Source: an uncultured archaeon (GTDB taxonomy: Archaea; Asgardarchaeota; Thorarchaeia; Thorarchaeales; Thorarchaeaceae). Taken from it: a DNA stretch of 64,000 nucleotides. Within the stretch, counting starts at the first letter, position 1; each line of letters opens with the position of its first letter. The stretch lies in contig CAZVZC010000005.1 in assembly GCA_964631415.1 (NCBI GenBank), positions 2,018-66,017 on the forward strand, written 5' to 3'. The notes beneath the pieces were generated by a model. It saw nothing but the letters and a program-made list of their open reading frames with translations, did no database searches and had not been told where the DNA came from. A program made the translations under genes and the position numbers. Shown one piece after another: positions 54,966-62,747 of the stretch.

Positions 54966-55128
54966 CTCACAAACCTATCCAAGGGTTCTCTTCGAGGCTA
55001 TATTAAGTCCTCATGTTCTTGGCCCGGAGATAATGCGCCCTCTCAGCAAACCCTAACATACTCCACCAGCACAACTTAGTGTGTCAAAGGCTGGCCAACC
55101 GTGTGCAAAGGCGACATTTGATGTCGTT

Positions 55129-56925
55129 TCAGCCCCGGTACACAAAGGGATGACCGTTTTTCCATAGCCGTTCCCCTATGAACATAGTAGTGTCCATACC
55201 GGACCCGCCAATTTCGTTCTCAAGTTCATGAAGCAGCCTCTCATAGGCGGGCATATGACTTTGAATGCTTTGTTCCCGGGAATGAATCACAAATGCTCCA
55301 TCCTCCCCCCACTTCGGGATTCTAGGCTTAGGCAGCTGACTTGACAAGACCGTATTCAGCCCCACGAATCTCAGTAGGCCATCAATAACCTGTCTTCTCA
55401 CTTCAACAACCTCTTTGAGTCGTCGTGTAGCTTCTCCTGGTGTGGGCCGCTCCATAGTGACTATGAGGTCCATAAGTGCAACACTCGACTTGTCAATGCC
55501 GTGATCCGATGTCCAGCGAGAAATGAGGCTTGATGCAGAGTCACTATGGCACGTCTGCATCGTATGAAGACCAGCCGCAATTGCCTGAAACAAAGCACGA
55601 CTGTGTTCTGCAGTCTGAATCTCGCCAAGAACAAGATAGTCAGGTGATCTGTGAAGGCTCTTGACAATCTCCTTGCTCTTGTCAAATCCGGGCTCGTTCT
55701 CGTCTACTGGATCGACCCTGATTCTTACTTGGTGATAGCCTTTGATGGCCCTACTCTCGACGGCATCTTCAATGTAGACTTTTCTCCAGCTTCGTGGCGT
55801 GGTCATGTCCAGAGCATTCAGAAGAGTAGTCTTCCCGGACCCCGGACCACCTGTTATCGTAATGTTGAACCTAGCAGACACAGCAAGCAACAGTATCGCT
55901 GCAGCCTCCATACTCAGTGTGCCGTTGCGAACCAAGTCTGCTACCGAATATGGGCTCCTACGGGCCCTGCGCATCTCAAGGTGCAGTCCATCTGGACTCA
56001 AAGGTGGTAGGCTCAGAGAGAGCCGCAGGGCCGCATCACAGACCGACATCTCTGTCTTGAGTGAGGGGTTTCTCCGGTCGAGATGGAAATTGCTCTCAGC
56101 CCTTACCAGTGTGACGATACGATCAACATCATCTTCGTTGAGGGTCGTTGTCGAACAACACCTTCCCAAACGCCGATGGTCAAAGTAAATCTGACTCTCC
56201 GGCCGGTCTAGGTAAACTTCCTCTACCTCGTCATCCAGCAGAATCGGAAGGAAGCATCGGAGGGCTGTTGATCGATGTGCTATGATCTCTGCGATTCTAG
56301 TCCTAGTGATAGTGCCTACCTCTGGCAGTGAGTGCGAGATTCTCGCTGCAACGATTCCGGAAATTCGTGTAAGTCTGGTGTTGATGCTCTCCCTGGACAG
56401 AAACGGTGTATTATCAAACAGACTCCTGTCGGCACCCAATTCATTCAGTAACGTCATTTCAAGGCGAGTTCTAACAAGTGGGACCGCTTGGTGAAGCAGA
56501 CCTGAACTGGATCTACACTCACGAAAGACTGACAGGTAGGGCCCAACAAGATATGCTTCAGATACCAGCTGAATCGTGTCAAAGAAACCTTGGTCCTCAA
56601 TGTAGACTGATTCCCAGCCCTCCGATTGCCAAGGTGGCTCGTTGAGCAGTCTTCCATCGTGTCCTCCAAGATGAACTAGGCTCTTCTCAGGTTCGACGAC
56701 CAAGACCTTGGCTCTCCGGCCATCATCAGAACTGTTCAAGGCTAGCTGTCTGCATGGCCCAGGCTCTGCATAATCACATTCTGTGCACCGTGCCTTGGGG
56801 CATACGACAACAGTAACCAAGTGTTTTACCACATGGATCCAACTCCATAGCATCGGATGTGAATCGAATCCGCAAGCCTGAAGCTGCAAACAGCAACCGT
56901 TTGTTTCGTCAAGCGGCAGATACAA
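55129..56925 (-). CDS. Type II/IV secretion / type IV pilus assembly ATPase (VirB11/FlaI/TadA family)
   Basis: 598 aa. Walker A ITITGGPGSGKTTLLNAL, Asp/Walker B region SPDYLVLGEIQTAE and His box GLHTMQTCHSDS. There is an N-terminal extension with the Cys cluster CPKARCTECDYAEPGPC. Confidence 0.8.
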   Translation of the reverse strand: MYLPLDETNGCCLQLQACGFDSHPMLWSWIHVVKHLVTVVVCPKARCTECDYAEPGPCRQLALNSSDDGRRAKVLVVEPEKSLVHLGGHDGRLLNEPPWQSEGWESVYIEDQGFFDTIQLVSEAYLVGPYLSVFRECRSSSGLLHQAVPLVRTRLEMTLLNELGADRSLFDNTPFLSRESINTRLTRISGIVAARISHSLPEVGTITRTRIAEIIAHRSTALRCFLPILLDDEVEEVYLDRPESQIYFDHRRLGRCCSTTTLNEDDVDRIVTLVRAESNFHLDRRNPSLKTEMSVCDAALRLSLSLPPLSPDGLHLEMRRARRSPYSVADLVRNGTLSMEAAAILLLAVSARFNITITGGPGSGKTTLLNALDMTTPRSWRKVYIEDAVESRAIKGYHQVRIRVDPVDENEPGFDKSKEIVKSLHRSPDYLVLGEIQTAEHSRALFQAIAAGLHTMQTCHSDSASSLISRWTSDHGIDKSSVALMDLIVTMERPTPGEATRRLKEVVEVRRQVIDGLLRFVGLNTVLSSQLPKPRIPKWGEDGAFVIHSREQSIQSHMPAYERLLHELENEIGGSGMDTTMFIGERLWKNGHPFVYRG

Positions 56926-57022
56926 ACTAAGCTGCCGGCCTCACCGATTTAAGGCCCCTCAGGTGATAATCCGAAAGGAGGCATCTTCAGGTGGTACCTG
57001 CTCTGGTGTCATGAAACAAGGC

Positions 57023-58090
57023 TCAGGCAGACAATTCTGGGGCCTTCGTGGTACCTTCGTCCAAGATTTTCTTTATCATCCCGTAGTGGTCGCGGATGCT
57101 ATACTCTGCCACTTCTGTCGCGTTGGAAACCAGTTTCTGAGTCAACACAGAATGCCTCCCATGCTCAATAGCCACTATCCGGTCACTAGCATAGGCGACC
57201 GAAACAACAAATATGAACGGGTTTCGACCACCTCTCCTTGAGGCCGGTATGAGATCGAGGACTACAAACATTTTGTTCCTCATGGCGTTCTCATATTCCT
57301 TGGAATCCCATTCTCTCAACTTTGCTTTGCCAACAACCTCCGGACTATTCATGAGCATCGACAACACCCTAGGGATGTAATCCTCGGGCTGTCTCAGATC
57401 TGGTGCATGACCTGTCACAGACTTGAGTCGCATCGCTTCGCGGACCATTGCACGCACATTCACTCTGTGCCCGCACTTCTCAAAGACATCAGCTATCTCC
57501 TCCAGAGTTATCGGAGCTTCGTCCTTGAACTCACGTACTGCCATCAGCAGACATACGGCCATTAGGAGAATGTTATTGGTGATTCTGTCTTTTGCATCTG
57601 AGATGACTTTCTTGTAGAGATACGCAGTCCGATCGCGTACCTGATCGCTCAGCATTAGTGATTTCGAAACATGATTGAGCGTTCTGAGTGCCCGGTACTT
57701 TGCCTCACTCCTCCCGATTCTTATGCGTGCACTGTACACAGTCTTCAGTCGTTTGAATCTCTTCTGCGCAAGGCCGGACAAGGCTTGACCGTGAGCATCT
57801 CGGAAATACGTGTCCTTGTGAAAGCCCATGTAGCTTCCAAGCCCGTCTACAATATGCATTCTGTTTCCCAGTGAAACATACATGGCTGCATCCGGAGTTT
57901 CGCCATGTTGTTCCTCCCCCATCTGGTAAGTTGGATGCACATATTCCCTAGAAACCACAAGTCCACATTCGGTGCATACTATGTGCCCCTGACTGGTCAC
58001 CAGTTGCCCCGAACAGTCCGGACAGGACCATGAAGAGGTTGCGAGCTGTTCACCTGTTTCATTAACCAAGGGCTGTACCACAGGAGACAC
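57023..58090 (-). CDS. tfb: Transcription initiation factor IIB (TFB)
   Basis: N-terminal zinc ribbon CPDCSGQLVTSQGHIVCTECGLV followed by two cyclin-fold repeats. 355 aa. Confidence 0.9.
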   Translation of the reverse strand: MSPVVQPLVNETGEQLATSSWSCPDCSGQLVTSQGHIVCTECGLVVSREYVHPTYQMGEEQHGETPDAAMYVSLGNRMHIVDGLGSYMGFHKDTYFRDAHGQALSGLAQKRFKRLKTVYSARIRIGRSEAKYRALRTLNHVSKSLMLSDQVRDRTAYLYKKVISDAKDRITNNILLMAVCLLMAVREFKDEAPITLEEIADVFEKCGHRVNVRAMVREAMRLKSVTGHAPDLRQPEDYIPRVLSMLMNSPEVVGKAKLREWDSKEYENAMRNKMFVVLDLIPASRRGGRNPFIFVVSVAYASDRIVAIEHGRHSVLTQKLVSNATEVAEYSIRDHYGMIKKILDEGTTKAPELSA

Positions 58091-58248
58091 TCATCATTCG
58101 AACCCATAACTGGATTCTAGGCGCTCCTGTTCTCTTCACAAGGCATGTATGTCTGCTCCATCGAACACGCATGGCTACTAAGCAGTTGTTTTCACCCTAC
58201 CGAGAAAGGGGGGTTTCCGAAACTACTGCATCTTCCGACGGACGCTTC

Positions 58249-58614
58249 TCAAGTGATCATGATATAGAACGTATTAGATGCGAAAGTCTTGCTCTGTGAG
58301 GGCGTTGGCTTAGCAATCCCAAGCACAACTCTAAGGCCCCCCAAAGATCCCAGTACCTCAAGCCCTTTGTTCTCACTTCTCCGGAAGACGGTGCCCTCAC
58401 CGTACAGCCTCGCCTGTTCTCCCTTAGGAATAGCCTTGGAGTCAATGACCACATCAACGTGATCCTTGACACCAAACCTACTGGAAAGCGCTTCTGGAAG
58501 TTCAATCGTCAGTGTTGCACCATCACTCTTGGACGACACCTTCAAGAGCTTGAGCCTCTTAGTGTCCGTTTCCCTGATCAGTTCGATGATGGCATCCTTG
58601 AGCCTGACACCCAT
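58249..58614 (-). CDS. rpo8: RNA polymerase subunit Rpo8 (RpoG) / eukaryotic Rpb8-like
   Basis: From the ATG at 58614: MGVRLKDAIIELIRETDTKRLKLLKVSSKSDGATLTIELPEAL...ARLYGEGTVFRRSENKGLEVLGSLGGLRVVLG...FYIMIT. This parallels yeast Rpb8 (..KVCRIEAAS..CKLTLDINVELFP...YVMYGTAYKFEE...YYSFGGLLMRLEG...AYLLIRR). It is adjacent to tfb. Confidence 0.55.
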   Translation of the reverse strand: MGVRLKDAIIELIRETDTKRLKLLKVSSKSDGATLTIELPEALSSRFGVKDHVDVVIDSKAIPKGEQARLYGEGTVFRRSENKGLEVLGSLGGLRVVLGIAKPTPSQSKTFASNTFYIMIT

Positions 58615-58737
58615 AACCCTAGCACATCCAGTAGATTGAGTCTTCGTGGTGAGCGGCCGAAGGCATTGAATTAAACCTGTCGCTGTTCTCTTGTGCCGTT
58701 TTTTAGGCACTGCAGTGACAGTTGTTCGGTGGGCCCG

Positions 58738-61428
58738 ATGCTTCCGAAACTGCTAGCCATACTATTCCTGTCCGTGGCAATGGCATCCTACTTTGTGGCA
58801 CCGGTTTCGGCGTTCTATTTTGAACTCTACTACTTCGAAACCGACAAGATGGTGTACGAGGTCGGGGAAACAATCGAGATGGTCGTCAAGGTCGCTGCTG
58901 AGTTCAGCGAAACTGGGTCATGTGACGCCTATTTCGCTGTTGTCAGAAGTAACGACTCCGTGACTGTCTTCTATGACGGCTACAGCATCCCCTCTGAGTC
59001 TGGTCTTCGCTTTCTGACTTCGCCTTACGTCATAATGCCCCGTGACATCACCCCGGGAGTCATTGGCGCGAAAATGCAGGTGGTCTTTAACATCGTCGTA
59101 TATGACGAGTATACCCAAGGCAATCACACGCAAATCGAGGTTGATGTGAAAAGAGGTCACCTAACAACGTTTCCTGAAAGCCCACTGTCGGTTGAGTTCG
59201 GGACCAACACGACAGTTCTGCTGAGGATAGCAAGTCCACACAACAACAACGTGGTTCTATCCAACGAAACCGTTTCACTCTACGTCCAGAACCCAGACGG
59301 TTTACCAGTGTTTCAAGCGGAAGCATCGACAGACTCACAAGGTCTGGTGCAGTTGAATTGGACCAAATCCATGGGTCCACCAGGGGTATACAATCTGACT
59401 ATCAATGGAGCCGGCACTGCTTCATTCCTGCCGTTTTCGGAATCGCTACAAGTCACTGTGCAACTTGGAGCATCGAGTCTGGAAGTACTGAGTGCCACGG
59501 AACAGGTCTACTGCCAATCCTCCGACTGTACTCAAACAGAGTTCGCGAAAGTCACGGTTGAACACTTCAGCACATCGCACTCTCCTATCTATGATAGCGA
59601 AGTGCAATGGAATGCATCATTTGGCTGCGGGTTCATGAACAATCTAGGGAACGGGACCTATAGTGCACTAATCCCTTTCAGTACCGGACCCGGACTGTAT
59701 ACCATTGGCCTCACAGCGACAAATGCTCTTTATCAGATTGCTGCGAGGACAGTTGTCATACGAGCCAATAGCAGACCACTATTGGCGAACGTCACACTGC
59801 TCTCTGAAGTAGTATGCGGCACGCCATTCCAAGTCCGAGTGCTAATCGCGGACGGGTTGAGCGGAACCCCAGTCGGATCACTTCCGTTCACACTCGGGGT
59901 TACAGTGGGTAACGAAAGCCTGACCATAGTAGAGGGTGCCACCAACTCCTCAGGTGCCCTGCAAATCACAAGGTACATACCAACCACATTCTGGGGTACC
60001 GGGTTTCTATCTTTGATTATCCATAACACAAGCCGCTACAGCGATCTATCGGAAACACTACCGATTGATGTCCTATACTGTCCTAAGGTGTCGGTTCAAA
60101 TAGAAACCCCGATTATGGTGAACCATGATGCAGAAGTTCGCCTGCTCCTGTTAGATCCCATTGGATCTCCGGTCTTCGGTGCAGTAGTCGAGCTTCATAC
60201 TCCCGACAATGTCACAGCGGTCATGAACACTACGAGCTATGACGGTACCACACTCCTCCGCTGGCGAGTTCCTCTAGGAACTGGCCTTGGAAACCAGACT
60301 CATTCGCTAGTGATACACAGAAACGGTGGAAGGTTCATCAGTCATACAACGAGAGACTTGGTGTTCATGGTTCTTTGCCCACTTTTTCTTGAGCCTTTCA
60401 ATGGCACACTGCAGGTCATACGGGGTCACAACGTATCTATTCGACTCACAATGGTGTCGGAAGGACCCAAGTACCAACTAATCGACCTTATGCTCCGAAG
60501 CAATGACAGTTCATTGACAACTTCAGCTGTGGTTTCCACTGACACCTATACGGAAATCACGCTGACGGCGAACTCAAGCATCGTTCCGGGTCCATACGTG
60601 GTCTATGCAGAAGTCCTATCCGGGCCATTTGTCATATTGAACCAGCCTCAGATCGAAGTCATTGTCATTGGGACTCTACAAGCGAGTTTCACCATTGTTT
60701 CGGCATTCTATGCTGAAGCCCTCGTTGTCAATCCTATTGTGAGGGATGACACTGATAGCACACCAGAATCGGTATCGGCAACCTTGTATTTCATTGATTG
60801 CGGACTTCAGATCTCCTTGGATCTGGCTCTTCCTCGTATGGCATGGTCCATTTCACTGCCCCTTCAAGTGGCCCCCGGAGCTCAGAATGTCACAATCGAG
60901 ATCAGCCTTCCTTGGTTTGTCGCGGCACATAGGTCTATTCTCGTATTTGTATGGATGCGGACAAGAATGGTGATCTCAGTATCGACCTACAAACCAAACA
61001 AGACTGGTTCTGTCGTTGGGCTTGAACTGGTTCAAGTCCCTGACAGCACATCGAGTAGCTCCCCCGGTTCAATCATAAGTCCTCCACCAATCTTGTTCAA
61101 TGGCACGACTTCAACCTTGTTGCCCACTGCACGAGAAACCTCTCTCACAAGCTGTCCGAGGTTGAGCTCTGGCACTAACAACCTGTCGACTGTGTCGGCA
61201 AACTGCCTCACTTCCGAATCAGGGAACGGCCATACAGTTCTAAGCCTCAAGGAACGGACCGACAAGGAACTCGTTCTGTTCACTACCACTTCTTCCACAG
61301 TTCTCGAAGTACTTCCGAAGGAAACTACCCCCCAATCCGCTGTCTGGGGCCCTGAAACAACCACATCAGTCAGAAGGGCGCTCTCTCTCAGAATCTTGTC
61401 CGTCAGTCTCCGCACGAGCCTGTCGTGA
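58738..61428 (+). CDS. Very large secreted/surface protein with repeated Ig-like modules (paralog-like to 52422..54386); its 3' end overlaps korA
   Basis: Signal peptide MLPKLLAILFLSVAMASYFVAPVSA from the ATG at 58738; the track ORF starts at 58693. It has the same G.P/NSSG/Y.GN-type beta-sandwich repeats and many N-x-S/T sequons. The last ~130 codons (61032-61428) are antisense to korA, are Ser/Thr/Leu-rich and contain no anchor helix. Confidence 0.6.
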   Translation: MLPKLLAILFLSVAMASYFVAPVSAFYFELYYFETDKMVYEVGETIEMVVKVAAEFSETGSCDAYFAVVRSNDSVTVFYDGYSIPSESGLRFLTSPYVIMPRDITPGVIGAKMQVVFNIVVYDEYTQGNHTQIEVDVKRGHLTTFPESPLSVEFGTNTTVLLRIASPHNNNVVLSNETVSLYVQNPDGLPVFQAEASTDSQGLVQLNWTKSMGPPGVYNLTINGAGTASFLPFSESLQVTVQLGASSLEVLSATEQVYCQSSDCTQTEFAKVTVEHFSTSHSPIYDSEVQWNASFGCGFMNNLGNGTYSALIPFSTGPGLYTIGLTATNALYQIAARTVVIRANSRPLLANVTLLSEVVCGTPFQVRVLIADGLSGTPVGSLPFTLGVTVGNESLTIVEGATNSSGALQITRYIPTTFWGTGFLSLIIHNTSRYSDLSETLPIDVLYCPKVSVQIETPIMVNHDAEVRLLLLDPIGSPVFGAVVELHTPDNVTAVMNTTSYDGTTLLRWRVPLGTGLGNQTHSLVIHRNGGRFISHTTRDLVFMVLCPLFLEPFNGTLQVIRGHNVSIRLTMVSEGPKYQLIDLMLRSNDSSLTTSAVVSTDTYTEITLTANSSIVPGPYVVYAEVLSGPFVILNQPQIEVIVIGTLQASFTIVSAFYAEALVVNPIVRDDTDSTPESVSATLYFIDCGLQISLDLALPRMAWSISLPLQVAPGAQNVTIEISLPWFVAAHRSILVFVWMRTRMVISVSTYKPNKTGSVVGLELVQVPDSTSSSSPGSIISPPPILFNGTTSTLLPTARETSLTSCPRLSSGTNNLSTVSANCLTSESGNGHTVLSLKERTDKELVLFTTTSSTVLEVLPKETTPQSAVWGPETTTSVRRALSLRILSVSLRTSLS

Positions 61429-62165
61429 GTTCCCGGGTCCGAAGTCATCCTGAGCCCGTTGTTGTCGTGGGTTGAACCAGTCACGAGCAGATTGTGTCCA
61501 TCACCAAACCTAGGCATTACTGCGTGCCCGCTCTCATCAATGCCGCCATACGACGGTTCTCCTGTCCGTGCGAATCTTCTCCGCACTGTCACATCTCTGT
61601 TCTTTGTGATAACAACCCTCTCTCGAGAGTGAGCCACAATCTCGTCGGACAGCAGTATCGTTGGGTGTCTCAGGCGTTCAGACAGGAAGAAGGCCTTCAG
61701 GGTCAGCTCATAGGTTTCTTCTGCTGAGCTGGGGGCAAGCACTATGCTCTCGTAGTCCCCATGAGATCCCCATCTGGCTTGCATGACATCTCCTTGGGCT
61801 GCCTTAGTGGCTTGTCCTGTGCTCGGGCCTGCTCTCTGGACGTCTACGATGACACAAGGTGTCTCAGTCATGATGGCATAGCCAATACCTTCCTGCATCA
61901 GGCTGAAACCCGGTCCCGAGGTAGCAGTCATTGAAAGGAGTCCACCCCACGAGCTACCAATGATGGCGGAAACTGCCCCTATCTCGTCTTCCATCTGGAG
62001 GTACGTACCCCCCACTCGTGGTAACCTTTCAGCCATGATTTCGGCAATCTCAGATGCTGGTGTGATTGGATAGCCAGCAAAGAAGCGGCAGCCCGCAGCT
62101 ATGGCTGCTTCAGCACAAGCTTGGTTCCCTTGCCAGAAGTAAACCGACCCGCCTTGGCCAGACAT
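61032..62165 (-). CDS. korA: 2-oxoacid:ferredoxin oxidoreductase alpha subunit (KorA/PorA-type)
   Basis: GNQACAEAAIAAGCRFFAGYPITPASEI, MEDEIGAVSAIIGSSWGG, TSGPGFSLM, VIVDVQRAGPSTG and the C-terminal LLVPELNLGQL. The start is placed at the ATG at 62165 (MSGQGGSVYFWQGN). No beta subunit is present downstream. Confidence 0.85.
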   Translation of the reverse strand: MSGQGGSVYFWQGNQACAEAAIAAGCRFFAGYPITPASEIAEIMAERLPRVGGTYLQMEDEIGAVSAIIGSSWGGLLSMTATSGPGFSLMQEGIGYAIMTETPCVIVDVQRAGPSTGQATKAAQGDVMQARWGSHGDYESIVLAPSSAEETYELTLKAFFLSERLRHPTILLSDEIVAHSRERVVITKNRDVTVRRRFARTGEPSYGGIDESGHAVMPRFGDGHNLLVTGSTHDNNGLRMTSDPGTHDRLVRRLTDKILRESALLTDVVVSGPQTADWGVVSFGSTSRTVEEVVVNRTSSLSVRSLRLRTVWPFPDSEVRQFADTVDRLLVPELNLGQLVREVSRAVGNKVEVVPLNKIGGGLMIEPGELLDVLSGT

Positions 62166-62390
62166 TCTTGGGACTCTCGATGCCTGCGTCGTTCTAGTGT
62201 TAAGATAAGACTTCTGCAATAGCTCCCCAGTCAAGTTGCCGAGAAGACTACGATGCAGTCACATCATATGAACCGCCAGTCTTGAGAAGGATTAATCGCA
62301 ATCCTAGACTTGGATACCAACCAACACCAATCGGCGTTCAGTCTTTGGTGTCATTGAAATGAAACAAGCACAGCGATTTTTGCCGATAGT

Positions 62391-62398
62391 CTTTTATC
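62391..62398 (+). promoter_or_regulatory. TATA-like element CTTTTATC upstream of tRNA-Gly
   Basis: It lies 27-34 nt upstream of the tRNA 5' end (62425). Confidence 0.45.
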
Positions 62399-62424
62399 AA
62401 GCACACTATGTGCTGCTAGATCGA

Positions 62425-62527
62425 GCGGCCATGGTCTAGTATGGTCTAGGACGGGAGCCTCCCAAGCTTCCAACCCGAGACGGTTTCATTGACAGTGACC
62501 GCGGGAGTTCAAATCCCGGTGGCCGCA
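62425..62527 (+). tRNA. tRNA-Gly (anticodon CCC) with a 28-nt intron at 53/54
   Basis: Acceptor GCGGCCA/TGGCCGC. D arm GTCT-AGTATGGTCTA-GGAC. Anticodon arm GGAGC-CTCCCAA-GCTTC. T stem CCGAG|intron 62480-62507|TTCAAAT-CCCGG. The BHB is central helix CCCG:CGGG, bulges AG|A and AG|T, distal helix CGGTT/GACCG. The spliced T stem has an A52.C62 mismatch. CCA is encoded. Confidence 0.75.
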
Positions 62528-62747
62528 CCATCTTCGTTCGCCACGCTTAAGGGGAAGTTCTACAGACGTGATTCTTGGCGAGTGATGACTGTCATGACCC
62601 CGATGAGTCGATTAGGACGATGATATGGATCTTGAGTTAAGAGCTCGCCACTATTACTTTCGGCTACCTCTACTGTCCGTGTGCATTTAATCGTACACCA
62701 CGCACAATGCTTTTAAGTTTCCAACGCGGCGTCCCAGTCGGACTGCA

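Noticed and set aside
62235-62747. Replication origin (ORB repeats / AT-rich unwinding element) next to orc1/cdc6
   Set aside because: Reading both intergenic segments flanking tRNA-Gly, I found no repeated boxes or inverted repeats. An origin may still be nearby, outside the window.
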